From NCBI RefSeq assembly GCF_001194135.2, contig NC_068987.1:5320577-5384576 (forward strand): a stretch of DNA of 64,000 nucleotides, given 5' to 3'. The position numbers and the translations under genes are program-made. Numbering within the stretch: position 1 is the first letter of the stretch; the number at the start of each line of letters is the position of its first letter. Below are positions 1 through 14,556 of the stretch, piece after piece. A model generated the notes under the pieces. It ran no database searches. It saw only the letters and a program-made list of their open reading frames with translations, and was not told the DNA's origin. Origin of the DNA: Octopus bimaculoides. Its lineage: Eukaryota.

Positions 1-122
1 AACTTGCAGCTGGCTTATGTATTTGATAGTATAAAACATGTGTGGGTATATTAGACGCATCCCAATTTCAGAATTGCATTTTCAAGAAAATTGTTTTTTA
101 GTACTTTAAAACATGTAATATT

Positions 123-328
123 TAACCATTTAGCATTCAAACAGTTATATCCAGCCCTGTTTTAAGTTCAAACTGGCCAGATCCGGCTTCTCACATTTAC
201 CCTGCAATGTCGTTCTCAAAATAAACGATCACATCATCAATATCTTAAAGCTATGAGATAATCCATGATTAATTCAAAACAATGTGAAACATTACATTTG
301 ACAGAGTAATCTGAATGATGAAGGGTTA
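123..328. mobile_element. TTAA-flanked MITE family 2 (other copies ~9630-9840, 11945-12170, 12446-12664, 30770-31440, 46840-47005, 49245-49480)
   Basis: TTAACC(C/A)TTTAGCATT ... AATG(C/A)T(A/G)AAGGGTTAA ends with a shared internal sequence. Confidence 0.65.
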
Positions 329-1059
329 AATCTACCCCAGTATATCACTGGTACTTTATTTCATCAACCCTACAAGGCTGAAGGTAAAGTTAGTCTTAAT
401 CTTGTATTATAATTAAATCTTTTTTGCCCATAAGGGGCGAAATATAGAGGGGACAAACAAGGACAGACAAAGGGACTAAGTCGATTACATCGACCCCAGT
501 GCATAACTGGTACTTGTTTAATCGACCCCAAAAGGATGAAAGGCAAAGACGACCTTGGCGGAATTTGAACTCTAGCTACATTTTGGCATTAAAAAATTGA
601 GATTTGGTCCTGTAGAAAAATGTTTACATCAAAATTTGTAGCAACGTTATGGGAGAGTAAGTAACGCCTCCAATCAAGTTTATATCTAAATAACTTTTTT
701 ATTTTAAAAGCAAAATATATTTATCTTAGTTTAAATGATAGAAGAAAACATGAAACAAACTATATTTTAATTAAGCTTAAATAGAGCTCAATTCAAGGAA
801 TTTCATGGTATCAATATCATGCAATGAAGTTTTAAAAGAAAAAAAGTTATGAGTGTTTGTTTCTCACATTTGAGGGTGATAATATAGTTCTATACTTTTT
901 TTATGAATATAGTTCTATACTTTTTTTTATGAATATAGTTCTATAAGGAGACCTTTAATATATGTCACCAGCCTCATTGCGGTAAGGAAAAATTATCAAT
1001 GACACTGCTAATTGACACATTATTAATTAGCATAATAGTATAGCCTGGAGAAAAGATGG

Positions 1060-2012
1060 ATTACATGGAAAAATGCAAGCAAGTGAAGTAATATTCTTAA
1101 GATGATAAACCTGGAGAAGTACAGGACAGGTTATTACATCTGGTAAAGTACAGAATAAGAAATTGTTTACTTAAAATATCACAGCCAAGGATAAAATTTG
1201 AATATTAAAAATCATTTGATTGTAATTTACAAAGTAACATTATAATTAAAAAAAGGTACCATCATTTTGTTAAAATGTTGACACACTAGAATACTTAATG
1301 AATGAGAGCCAGAAGTACTAATATAGCTAAAGTTTTGAGCAAAGTAGAATAGTATACATGGTAGGCAAATTCATTTTGTAAAAAATAGGCATTGGGTCAA
1401 GACTAAAAATGTGAAGACTTGGCAGTAACTAGTTTATTTATTGTACTAACTAATTATGTACTACTATTATTTTTTATAACTTATTTTCAAATTTCTAATT
1501 ATTAATTAATAATTAAACAGATTATAGCAGTGACTCCATCTAAGAATATCTGTAGAAGGAATTGTATTCTGAATTATCATCAGACTATGGATAATTAAAT
1601 TACAACAGGTATATAGTCCATTTTTTTTTTTTGTATTATAATGCATTGTTGTACCATTCAAAACTTTTTATTCTTTACAAACAATACACAATGCTTCAAG
1701 CGAACTGCAATGCTCTCTTAAAAAAATGAATTTTTTTAAAGTGTAAAAAATATTATAATTGAATTATTTTTATTTTTAATAGAAGTAACAATAACAAATA
1801 GAAGTAATAGCTTGTAATAAAATTTTAGTTTTAGTAAAAGCTAATATTTTTAAAATCTAAATATTTTATTTGAAATTTTATCCTTGGCTGTGATATTTTA
1901 AGTAAACAATTTCTTATTCTGTACTTTACCAGATGTAATAACTTGTCCTGTACTTTCCCAGGTTTATAATCTTAAGAATATAATTTCCCTTGCTTGCATT
2001 TTCCCATGTAAT
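1060..2012. repeat. Foldback element with ~150-bp inverted arms
   Basis: 1060-1210 is the reverse complement of ~1855-2012. Confidence 0.8.
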
Positions 2013-2641
2013 AGATATGTGTGTGTGTCATGTAAAATGCATGTGCTGTCATGTAAGCACCCAATATACTCTGTAAAGTGGTTGGCATTAGGAAAAGTAT
2101 CCAGCTGTAGAAACCATGTCAAAGTAGCTGGTGCAGCTCTCTCCAGCTTTGCCGGCTCCTGTCAAACAATGTAATCCATGCCAACATGGAAAACGGATGT
2201 TAAATGATGATGATGAGGAGGAACAGGATATGTATGTGGTTTTTTTTTTTATTGAAATTAAAACTAAGAGTTTGTCTTGCAACTCAAGCTTTAAGTCCCT
2301 GGTATCTAGGTTCTCATCTGAAGGTCAAAGTGGCATGGAACTCAAGTTGAAAGACAAAATCACAGTTTCAACAAAAGAAACTATTGCCTCTACAATATGT
2401 ATTGAGTACTCTTATCTCATTTGCCTGTTATAAACCAACACACATATACACACATTTATATATGAGTGGCACTCTAGAGAATAAGAGCAGTTCTTATTCT
2501 CTTTGAGTGGTTTAAATTCTTTAAAGAGAACAAAAGTCTAAAGATGGTTATTGGTGAAAAGAGGAAATTTAGAAATAATACACATTGTGTAAATTTTGCC
2601 CTACTTCTCTGAGAAACGTTCATATAATTATATAAATATCA

Positions 2642-3025
2642 GGTGCAGGAGTGACTGTGTGGTAAGTAGCTTGCTTACCAACCACATGGTTCCGGGTTCA
2701 GTCCCACTTCATGGGACCCTGGGCAAGTGTCTTCTACTATAGCCTCGGGCCGACCAAAGCCTTGTGAGTGGATTTGGTTGATGGAAACTGAAAGAAGACC
2801 ATCATATGTATGTATATGTGTGTCTGTGTTTGTCCCCCCAACATCGCTTGACAACCGATGCTGATGTGTTTATGTCCCCGTAACTCAGCAGTTCGGCAAG
2901 AGACCGATAGAATAAGTACTAAGCTTATAAAACAATAAGTCCTTGGGTCGATTTGCTTGACTAAAGGCGGTGCTCCAGCATGGCTGCAGTCAAATGACTG
3001 AAGCAAATAAAGGAATAGAATAAAA
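2642..3025 (+). mobile_element. tRNA-derived SINE family 1, near full length (other copies ~8300-8668, 14225-14725, 14870-15092, 20575-20980, 30830-31268, 33325-33560, 59140-59345, 62840-62970)
   Basis: Head GTGGTAAGTAGCTTGCTTACCAACCACATGGTTCCGGGTTCAGTCCC; shared body; many dispersed copies. Confidence 0.8.
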
Positions 3026-3663
3026 GAATCTTTGTCTGTCTATATTTCTCTCTCCCTCTCATGTGGTGGTGGTGGTGGTGNNNNNNNNNNNNNNNNCCGT
3101 CGCTTACGACGACGAGGGTTCCAGTTGATCCGATCAATGGAACAGCCTGCTTGTGAAATTAACGTGCAAGTGGCTGAGCACTCCACAGACACGTGTACCT
3201 TTAATGTAGTTCTTGGGGAGATTCAGCGTGACACAGAGTGTGACAAGGCTGGTCCCTTTGAAATACAGGTACAACAGAAACAGGAAGTAAGAGTGAGAGA
3301 AAGTTATGGTGGAAGAGTATAGCAGGGTTCACCACCATCACCTGCTGGAGCCTCGTGGAGCTTTAGGTGTTTTCGCTCAATAAGCACTCACAACGCCCAG
3401 TTTGGGAATCGAAACCGCGATCCTACAACCGCAAGTCCGCCGCCCTAACCACTGGGCCATTGCGCCTCCACCCCTCTCATGTATATACACACACACACAC
3501 ACACACACAGATATACATTACCATAGCTAAAAGGGGGCATTCTTTTGGCAGGGTGCAATATTTTTTAATATGTATAATGTTGTATATTTCATGGGGTGGG
3601 CTTCTCCAAGCAGTACAAACTTGTTATGCTGCTGTAGTCTTATATGTCTATGTGTATAATACA

Positions 3664-3697
<34 letters not shown>

Positions 3698-5690
3698 GTG
3701 TGGTATTATTTGAGGTGTAAATTACATTCGTTGAAGCTATTTCATTTCATTTAAACCACTGAACCCAACAAATGAATCTCTATGTGGTCCATAAAGCTGC
3801 TAGAAATAGCAACAAAATTTCTCTAACATACTTATTGTCTTCAGAAAAAAATCTCAAATTTTATTGGAATAATGTATTAGAAACATGATGTTTGCGGGTG
3901 GGGGAAAGAAAATCATGAAATGTTAGAACTCTCTTGATATCTCTTCTATCAGAGATGAACTATGCCACTGAAGTGAACTTGTAACCTAATAATTCAGCTG
4001 CTACAGCTTGAACTAGATCCACTTGACATACGAATGTTAAAACATGCCTTCACATTCACAAACCTTTCAAAGTCTGTGAGTCAAATGTGAAGTAGGTCAA
4101 ATCATTTTACAGCCAGCTCAGCTTAAAGAAAGAAAAGGGTAATTCCAGTTCATAATGTTCCGCTTTGTTTGACGTTTGACTACGTCAGAATCAAATACCA
4201 TTTTCTGAGTCACAATCTTTAGCATGGATCCTGTAGATGAGTCACAACCTTCAGCTGTGATTCTGACTCTTGTGGAGGTTGGGGGGAGCTGCCTTGGTTA
4301 AAAGAAGAAGAAAAAAAAATCAAAACCAAACAAGGTATAAGAAATATATCAAGTGAGAGAAAATGTAGTATTTTAGGTTTATTCTCCAGATTCTAAGCAT
4401 GTTCGCAAAATTTGTCATTAGCATTTTTATCACTTTTTGCAATAGGAAAACTTACTGTAAGAAATTTCGCCATAAGACAGATTCACCCTATGGACAACAA
4501 TTAGGTATATTTTATCAGCTTTTAAAAAAATCTATATTAATAAATGTGAAATTCTGTCCGTCCGTCTGGGACCTCTGTATCTCAGTGTACATTTGCTCTA
4601 CATAGACATATTATACCTTTTTGGAATCAGGATGATCCTGGGATTGAAAATCTGCCCCTTATTTGGTTCTTGAACATCCAGCATTGGAATCTGATTTAAA
4701 AGTAGTTGGGTTGCTATTTCTAGCAGGTAAAGCTTGGCTGATGTTTGCTGTCTTGGTTTGTGTTTGTCAGATGATGTCAGAGAACAAGTGGAAGATAAAT
4801 GACATTTGCTTCGTTAATTTTATGATGAGAAAAGAACTTTGGGACAAATTGGCCAACAGTTGGAATTCAACTCGGAATTGGAACAACAAAACGATTGTAT
4901 TACAGAATTAATTCTCATCTGTCCTTAATGAAACACCACCAGGACATAAAGTCATTATAGACATATCATAGTCATGCTATTTAACTCTGTTTAGTTTGGG
5001 GCCACAGGCTCAATTAGCCCTCCACAGGAGCTAGCATAAAAGTCCACACGGAGTGCAACTCTTAAGCTAATATGAAATAAAATAAAAGAATGATAAATGG
5101 GTTCATAAAAACATTAAATGAGCAAGTTTTTATTCAATGTCCCATCAAAAGAATGTGATGAGGTCATTTAAAACCTCTGATAATTCCTAACAATGCTGTG
5201 CAAATAAAGTACTTTTTGCTTCAGATTAAATCAAAGCTTTTGTCTCTTAAGTCTTGTATTAATATTGCTATACTTTTCATTCTGGGTTCAAATTCCGTCA
5301 AGGTCGACTTTGCCTTTCGTCTTTTCAGAGTCGATAAATTAAGTACCAGTTGTGTATTGAGGTTGATCTAATCAACTGGCCCCCTCCCTAGAAATTTAGG
5401 GCCTTGTGCCTAGAGTAGAAAAGAATATTGCTATATTTTTTCTTCATCTCTGCTGCATCCCCTTGATCTGATGTAATATGTTTTATCATTGTCCATATGG
5501 TGAATTTGTTTTTCAGCAAATTTTCCTCTGGCAAAAATGTTCATGGCAAAATTTCCAATTACTGATTCTGAGATAAGATTCATTATGGCTTGATAATGCA
5601 GAAATCTGTTTTGAACATGGAAAATTTCTAGCAAATGATTCTGAGATTATTTACATTTGATGGATATTTGTCCTCATCTTGTTTGTTGTT

Positions 5691-5736
5691 AACACAACAT
5701 TTCAGCTGATATACCCTCCAGCCTTCATCAGGTGTC
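5691..5736 (-). ncRNA. Minimal type I hammerhead ribozyme motif in a truncated family copy (5647-5752)
   Basis: GACAC-CTGATGA-A-GGCTG(GAGGGTATAT)CAGCT-GAAA-TGTT-GTGTT. Confidence 0.6.
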
Positions 5737-6371
5737 TTGGGGAAATTTCGGACATTTATTGTATCTCTTGTATTTAATAATTTATGTATATTGACCGGCT
5801 AACTTGCTTATCCTTATATTTACTTCTACACACACACACACACANNNNNNNNNNNNNNNNNNNNNNNNNNNNNNNNNNNNNNNNNNNNNNNNNNNNNNNN
5901 NNNNNNNNNNNNNNNNNNNNNNNNNNNNNNNNNNNNNNNNNNNNNNNNNNNNNNNNNNNNNNNNNNNNNNNNNNNNNNNNNNNNNNNNNNNNNNNNNNNN
6001 NNNNNNNNNNNNNNNNNATATACATACATATATATATATATACACACACATGAAGGCACATGGCTTAGTGGTTAAGGTGTTGCACTCACGATTGTGAGAT
6101 CGGGGGTTCAGTTCCTAGAGTGGGCGTTGCATTGCATTCCTGAGCAAAGCACTTCATTTCACATTGCTCTGCAATCATTTCAACATCTCAGATGTGGCAC
6201 CTGTTGAACCCTCATGCGTTTTCTAATGACGGGAAAGTCCATCATATACACACACATTGTTATATTTTGGAATGGTCATTTTTTTTTTCTCCTCTTGCGA
6301 ACTAGCCACAAGCACAATATACACTTGATCTTTACTTCAGCTTTGTTAGTGTTCTTACTCTAGAGTCCTTT

Positions 6372-7600
6372 GAAATCATTTGTCACAAACCTTGTGACCT
6401 CTTCAGCAATTCTCCATGCCATGCGTCGCTTCCTGTCTTGTTTAGTTCATTCTGTCTTTCTATAGTACTTGACCTTATCTGTGCATGTATTTGCATGTGT
6501 GTGTTTGTGCATGTATCTATGTTTTGAGTATGTGTATGGCTTTGTCTAATATACTGTTCCTGTATCCTTTATTTAGGTTTTTTTATTCATTTATTTACTT
6601 ATTTCTCTATTTTTTCTCATTCCATCTAAAGTATGTGTGTCCCGTGTATATATGGTTTTATGTATTATACTGTTTGAATGTGTCTTTTTTTCTTTTTTCC
6701 CTCCTTCTTATTATGTTGCATAGTGTGGTGAAGGTGTGTTATAGTTCCATTCATGTTTTCTATTGAGGCTCAATCTGTCTGTTACTATGTGTATGGCCTC
6801 TATAATCTGTCTAAATATTGTGTCAGTTCAATGCATAGATAATACCTTAACATCTATGTTATTAACCAAGCCTCTATGTTCTAATTGAGCATATTGAAAG
6901 AGTACTGATGAGCTTTCCTCCTCTTTGAGCTCCCACCAGTGTTCATGTATCCACTCTCATATGCTACATGCTGTCTCTTCCATATATGTTGTTGCCTTGT
7001 TCTTGCACCATCGCTCATTACACTGTTAGACTACATTCCTCATCTTACAATTAAGCTGTGGGTTCACCCCACATACTATACAGTTGCTATCTATTGTTGT
7101 TTCTTGGCTTTCTTTAATTTGAGAACTAATTTGGTGCTCATGGTTGATAAGGAGCAGTCGTTGTCATATCTACATATGGAAACTTTTTGAATGAATATGA
7201 TCCACAGATCAGGGATTTTATAGGTGGGGGTTCCTGGTTCTTCTGCTACTTTAATACATAGATTTACCTTATCTAATGGTTTCCTAAAAAGGAATGCTAG
7301 TTCGCTGACAGGGGTATCATCAAGACACACATAAACATACTTTACACTGAATGATAAAAAAAATACAGTAATAAATAAGTAAATAAATGAATAAATAAAA
7401 ACTAAACAAAGGACATGTGCAAACAGTATAGTAAGCAAAACCATACACACACACACACACAAAACATGTGTACAACCATGCACATGTACACGTGCAAATA
7501 AGGATATGCACTATAGAAAGACAGAATGGACTAAATAGGACAGGAGAGTTGGTGAAGAGGTCACAGGATGTGATGAAATGACTTCAGACAAAGGACAGTG
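6372..7600 (-). mobile_element. Degenerate Penelope-like element (GIY-YIG remnant) between inverted ~270-bp arms
   Basis: Minus frame ~7060-6745: NCKMRNVV*QC...TYMEETACSI*EWIHEH...IDVKVL...RQIIEAIHI...LNRKHEW; arms ~6372-6645 and ~7318-7600. Confidence 0.7.
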
Positions 7601-10099
7601 AGAACAATAAAGAAGTAGACATGAAGGACATGTCTATAGCGTACATGGGTTCATTTGGTAAAAAATTAAAAAATGTTTTGAAGATGACCATTCTAAAATA
7701 AAACAATATCTGTTTCAACATATGATCTCACATCAGGAATCTTACAAAACAAATATATAAATGTAATATGTATATATATATATATATATATATATCATCA
7801 TCATCACCATCATCATTACTTAATGTCTATTTTCCATGCTGGCTTTGGTTGGACAGTTTGACAGGAGTTGGCCAGATTACACACATACACACACATATAT
7901 ATACACATATATTCACACTCACACACACATATACATACATATATATATATATATATATACATGCATAAATATACACACACACATATACATATATATATAT
8001 ATATATGTATATGGTGTAGAGAGGTGAGGACGTGGGCGTAGGGGTGGGATATGTGGGGGTGGAGGTGGAGGGAGTATCAATGAAAAGAGAAGTTGAGTAG
8101 GAGTGAAGAGAGGAAGTAGGTGTCAGACGAAGAGAGGAAGGGAGCTGAGCCCGTGTGGGGAGAAGAGAGAAGATTAATTCCTGTTCACAGCAAAGGCGGG
8201 TTTCCGGATGACCCCTGTACAAACAAAGATAGGTATTGTAATGAATGTATATACACATATACATACATACATACATATATATACACACACACACACACAT
8301 TTATTCTTTTACTCGTTTCAGTCATTTGAATGTGGCCATGCTGGAGCACCACCTTTAATCAAACGAATTGACTTCTTTGTAAGCCTAGTACTTATTCTAT
8401 TGGTCCTTGTGCTGAACTGTTAAGTTATGGAGGACGTAAACAAACCAACATTGGTTGTCAAGTGATAGTGGGAAGACAAACACTGACACACAAACATATA
8501 CATACAACGGGCTTCTTTCAGTTTCCGCCTAGTAAATCCACTCACAAGGCTTTGACCAGCCCGAGGCTATAGTAGAAGACACTTGTCCAAGGTGCCACGC
8601 AGTGAGACTGAACCCAGAACCATGTCGTTGGTAAGCAAGCTACCTACCACATAGCCACTCCTGTGCCTGTATATATGTATTATATATACATATATGTCTG
8701 AATGCATATATATATAAAAAAATCCATCAATTCAATAACACAGTTTACAAAGTCTATGCTTGGAACGACCACTTTTAAATACTATTGGAATTTACTCACA
8801 AGGTACAGGGATCTTATATGTATACCATTCTGCCGAAATAATGGAACTGCAGATACAATATCCCTGCATATCTCGCGTCTATTTTCATATCTTATCTAGA
8901 ATAACTATTGCTTAATATCAACAGAAATACCTTAAGCATGGCAGGTAAAAAGGAATATCACAAAAGCTAGACTTAATTAACGTTTGCCTTACTGTTTCTT
9001 GGCTTTCTTTAATTTGAGAAATAATTTGGTGCTCAGGGTTGGTAATGAGCAGTTGTCATTTCAGCTTATAACATTCCATTTAGATAATAGATGTCACTGC
9101 TGGAGACGATGGTGAGCAGTGATCTCTTAACTCTCACCACCACCACTACTACTACTACTACAATGAAAGTTGCTTTAAATAGCAGAAATATAACAACCAC
9201 TACTAGTAAGAACAGAAGGATTACCAGCACTACTATAATGACTATAATTATTACTAATTAGTTAATGTATTTGGTTGTACTGTTTAACATCAGGGAGATT
9301 GCAATTAATTTTTGTTGTTTGGCTTTTATCCACCATTTTTGTTTTATTTCTATTTCATCTCGTGGTAGTGGACTCCTTTATCTTGTCATTTTCTGACTGG
9401 ATCGACGTTATTTAAATCTATTTCTTTATTTCCACCACAATGCAAAAATAATAATAATAATCAAAAAATAAATTAAAAAACTCCCCTTTCCTAATATAAG
9501 AATTACCATTTCACACTGACCAGCTATCTTTACCACACCCTTTTTTTCATATATGAGGTGCCTTAACTACAATTTAGTTCTGTAATTAAAAAATAATTAG
9601 TATCCAGTAAAGTTAGCTCACTAGTTAATCCTTCAACATCTAAACTGGCCAGATCCATCCCCAAAATTCTGTTTTATTTTCAAACCAACCGGATCTGATC
9701 TCTCACACCTACCCTACAATATCGTTCTAGAAATAAACGATCCCACCATCAAAATCTGAAAGCTATGAGATAATCCAGGATTAAATCAAAACAATGAATA
9801 AGTAAGCATTGCATCTGATAGAGTAATCTGAAAGTTCAAGGGATACAGAATTGCTCCTTATCAAGTATTAGGGTTCCTTCTAAACATGCAGGGCATGTCT
9901 TTAACTCTATCACCATCACTTTCTTCATGCTGCCCTTTGAAGATTTTTTTCTCCGTCTCTTCTCTTCATCGTTCCAATTATTCTTTAAATTTCTTTAACA
10001 CTATTTCTCAGCTCCAAACCATGTTCCACATCCGGTCTTTTGTGATTCTAATAAAATTCTTTGAATAAATATTTATAAAAGCTGTTAAAACAAAAACTA

Positions 10100-10710
10100 C
10101 TTCATCATCATCATCATCGTTTAACGTCCGCTTTCCATGCTGGTTGGATGGTTTGACTGAGGACTGGCGAGCCAGAGGGCTGCACCAGGCTCTAATCTGA
10201 TCTGGCAGAGTTTCAACAGCTGGATGATCTTCCTAATGCCAACTGAGTGTAGTGGGTGCTTTTACGTGCCAGTCAGGCGGTACTGGCAACGCCCATGCTC
10301 AAATGGTGTTTTTTTTACATGCCACCTGCACAGGAACCAGACTGGCAATGACCACGCTCGAATGTTGTTTTTCACATGCCACTGGCACAGGTGGCAGTAA
10401 GGTGACATTGGCAACGATCACACTCGAATGGTGCATTTTATGTGCCACCGGCATGGGAGCCAGTCAGCGGCCTTGGCAATGGTCACACTTGGATGGTGCT
10501 TTTAACGTTCCACCTGCACGAGTGCCAATCAGGCAGTACTGTCATCGGACAAGTCAGCGATTTTGATTTCACTTGCCTCAATAGGTCTTCGCAAGCAAAG
10601 TTTATTGTCCAATGAATGAAGGGTACTTATAAGTGGGCTGGTTACACCACTGGCATAGGCCACGGGTTATGGTCTCACTTGGCTTACTGGGTCTTCTCAA
10701 GCACAGCATA
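10100..10710 (-). mobile_element. RTE-like LINE 3' end / 3'UTR with (GAT)n tail; tail family has >15 copies in the window
   Basis: Shared GGTTGGCGTTAGGAAGGGCATCCAGCTGTAGAAA...GGAAAGCGGACGTTAAACGATGATGAT; linked to the ORF-end sequence seen at 42830-42890. Confidence 0.65.
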
Positions 10711-13002
10711 TCTCTATGAAATTGTGCTTTTATTTTGTTTTTTGTCCCTTTCTTTTGGAAGTAGTTTTTAAATTATTTTTTTATAAGCAGTTGCAGATGT
10801 AACTGTGGTTAAGAAGCTTGTTCCCAACCATGTGGTCTTGTGTTCAATCCCACTGCCCCAGGTTCTATTGTCTGTTTTGGCTTGGTTTCTACAGCTGGAT
10901 GCCATTCCACATGCCAACCACTTTACAGAGTGTACTGGGTGCTTTATACATGGCACCATCACCAACAGGGTCACCAAGTAACTTGCAAATGCAAAACACC
11001 CCTTTGGCAGCTGGGAGGAGGGAGTGAGAGGGAGACGTGGCATGGTGCCAGTTGATGAGAGATTAGAAGGATAGGGGTAGGAGTCATGCTGTAGAATAGA
11101 TACATGAATCCTCCAGTTGAAAAGGAAAGGAGGATGTTTTTGTGTGCCACTGACATGGGTGCCAATTTGCATGACAGCGGCATCTGCCATGAATGTGATT
11201 TTGCTTGGCTTGATGGGTCTTCTTCTTAAGTACAACAAAATGCTATGAATGACTGTGTNNNNNNNNNNAAAAAAAAAAAAAAAAAAAACTATTCTTTTTA
11301 AAGAAATATTTTCTTATTTATTTATTAATCAAAAATATTTTTAGGGTAATTTTTTTTCATCCCACTCCCACAGAAAAAAAAATCACATTTAAAGAGGGAA
11401 ACATCAATTAAAAGTGTTAGTATTAATCAGAAACATTAATAGGAAGTGATTTAAATTGACTTCAATTTCAAAATTAGATTGCTCATTTTATATTGATTAC
11501 AATTAAGAAATATTGATTTTTGCATGAATTAGCTTTGCCTTACATCTGTATTTTACTGGATGCAGCCTCCAATTTAAGTCTTAAAATCATGTGATGGAAC
11601 TAAGCTTTAATATTTTCCAAAATGTTGTAATTTCAGCTTCTGTAATTTCCTCCATGGCAGAGCTACATGCAGCCCTAATGACTAGAGCAAGGCTGTGCTA
11701 GGGGACATGGAAATGTAGAGATCTCGTTTAGTCTTCATCAGTTACCTTATTTCTTATGCATTATTATGTCCTTTATTTAATGCTGTTACCTGGACTTTTC
11801 TCTAATGGCCTATCTTTTTTTTGTTTTTTACACTATGGCATTCATTTCCAAGCACTTTAGCAATTTTCAACCCTAATCTAACCACTGTTGCCATATTAGT
11901 GATGTGTTTGGCATCTATGATGGTGATTGGTGTTAGTCCAATGTTTAACCCTTTAGCATCCAAACCAGCCATATCCGGCCTCAATAGTTTACCTCTTATG
12001 TTCAAAACCAGTCAGATCCAGCCTCTTACACCCATCCTACAATATCATTCCCAATGTAAAGAGTCACATCAAATAAATCTCACAGCTATGAGAGAATGCA
12101 CGATTAATCCAATCCCATGCGAACAAATAAGCATCAAATTTGGTAGAATAATCTGAAGACTAAAGGATTAAACTGCAGCGATGGAGTTTAATCTTCGTCC
12201 TTGATGTGGGCTTATTGCTTACTACCTCAAGTGCTCAACAAAAACGTAGAATTAATTATTAATTCTGTATTTGTACCACATTCATTTAATGCTGTTTTGA
12301 GGAATGTTTGAGAAAACAATTAGATACTATGTTGTAGAATTGCTACAGATGGAAGTAATCATAATTTGAAGACACAGATTAATAAAATGATGGATTATTG
12401 TAAAACCTGAGTAACAGAAGATATCCTAATGAAACTGCAGAATCTTAAACCCCTTAGCATTCAGATTACGCTGTTAAATGTAATAATTATTTATTCACAT
12501 AGTTTTGAATTAATCATGCATTGTCTTGTAGGTTCAAGACTTTGATAATGTAATTGTTTATTTTTAGAATAGCATTGTAGGGTAGGTATGAGAAGCTGGA
12601 TCCAGCTAGTTTGAACATTAAACAGAAAATTTGGCCAGATTTGGCTGTTTAAATGCTAAAGGGCTAGAGGAAAATGGTTGCGACAATTACAAAATAATGT
12701 TTGAAAGACTCAGGAGTTATGAAGGCATTGGTAAAGTGGCATTACAAAGGCATAAAATTCTTTCGGTCATATAACTGTTTTAGTGTCATGGTTGCTTCAA
12801 AGTTACAGAGCATCACAGTGAGTGACGGGCATGGCTAGAACTGGAGGGAAGGATAAAATGATTTGGGGGAATGTTTAGCTTTTAGAAATGTTCAGATATG
12901 GCAACTCTATTACAAACAACAACATTCTGAGCATTTGAGAGATTAGAGGAATTAACGCAAATATATGTGTATTTGACAAAGATTCACTGATTCATCATTT
13001 CT

Positions 13003-13047
13003 TTATAGTTTTCCAAGTTCATCAAGATAGGCAGCAAATAGTTTGGT
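13003..13047 (-). CDS. CNDP2: CNDP2-like B exon 14 ([14 protein letters not shown])
   Basis: TTTACAG acceptor; TAA stop at 13003-13005; matches the CNDP2 C-terminal helix. Confidence 0.9.
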   Translation of the reverse strand, partial: TKLFAAYLDELGKL

Positions 13048-14523
13048 CTGTAAATAGAGAGAAAAAAAAGAGAAAGTATATTTAAACTGTCATAATTTAT
13101 ACATCCTATTGAATGGGTGAAAACATGGGTATCAGACTGAAAAGCTTGATTCCCACCCATGTGGCCTTGGGTTCTGTTTCACTGTGGCAACTTAAGCAGG
13201 TGTCTTATGAGAGATCCTTAGGTCAATCAAAGCCTTGTTAGTGAATTTGGTACACAAAAACTCTCTCTATATATATATATATTTCTGAATATATATATAG
13301 CAAATGGATGTGTTATAATATTCCGCACATACAATAACAGCCACACCAACAATACAACATACCTCCATTATCAGCTGCCCCATAAATATAAATATATCAA
13401 TAAATAAATATATATAAAAATAAATATATATATAAATATAAATAAATGAATTATAAGGAAAGGAAAAATTGCAGGTGTGACCAAACTAATTTATAAATAA
13501 ATAAATAAATATATAGATAAAGATATAAATAAATAGATAAAGATATATATATATATATCTAGGGCAGGTAAAATCCCCAAGATATAAATATATACATATA
13601 AATAAATCAGTTCGGCAAAAGAGACCGATAGAACATGTTTTTTTTGTCTTTCCTTATGAGCTGTACTGACTCTTTGTATCGATACCAACTCCTATGTTCT
13701 CTTAGTTATTTTGCTGAGTCATTATCAAGTACACAGATACATACACGTGCTTCACACAAATAATGAATTTCATAATGATAAGCTGTGATTGGACACAATA
13801 AAATGTATACAAGACATGAGACATCATTTTTGTCATCAAGAAAATAACACCACAGATATGCTTGAGAAAGATATGTTGGGTCAAGTAAAACCAATACTGT
13901 AGCTGTGGCCAGTGCTCCTTGACTGGCCCCCATGCTGGTGGCACGTAAAAAGCACTATCCAAATGTGATCGATGCTAGGCCCACCTGACTGGCTCCTGTG
14001 CCAGTGGCACATAAAAAGCACCTGCTGCACTCTCAGAGTGGTTGGCGTTAGGAAGGGCATCCAGCTGTAGAAACCTTGCCAGATCAGATTGGAGCCTGGT
14101 GCACCCATCTGGCTCTCCAGACCTCAGTCAAACCGTCCAACCCATGCCAGCATGGAAAACGGACATTAAACCCTCCTAACCACATGGTTCTGGCACACAC
14201 ACACATTTATCTATCTGTTTATATACTCTTACTCTTTTACTTGTTTCAGTCATTTAACTGTGGCCATGCTGGAGCACCGCCTTTAGTCGAGCAAATTGAC
14301 CCTAGGACTTATTCTTTGAGAGCCTAGTACATATTCTAACGCTCTCTTTTGCCGAACCGCTAAGTTACAGGGACGTAAACACACCAGCATCGGTTGTCAA
14401 GCGAAGTTGGGGGGNNNNNNNNNNTAACGCTCTCTTTTGCCGAACCGCTAAGTTACAGGGACGTAAACACACCAGCATCGGTTGTCAAGCGAAGTTGGGG
14501 GGGACAAACACAGACACACAAAC

Positions 14524-14556
<33 letters not shown>

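Noticed and set aside
11725-11745. CTGATGAAG core-like word on the minus strand
   Set aside because: No helix II or GAAA follows; chance match.
1-13000. A third host gene downstream of copy B
   Set aside because: No exon chain with recognisable homology was found; the ORFs there map to SINEs, RTE tails, Penelope relics and microsatellites. Short exons of a neighbouring gene cannot be excluded by eye.
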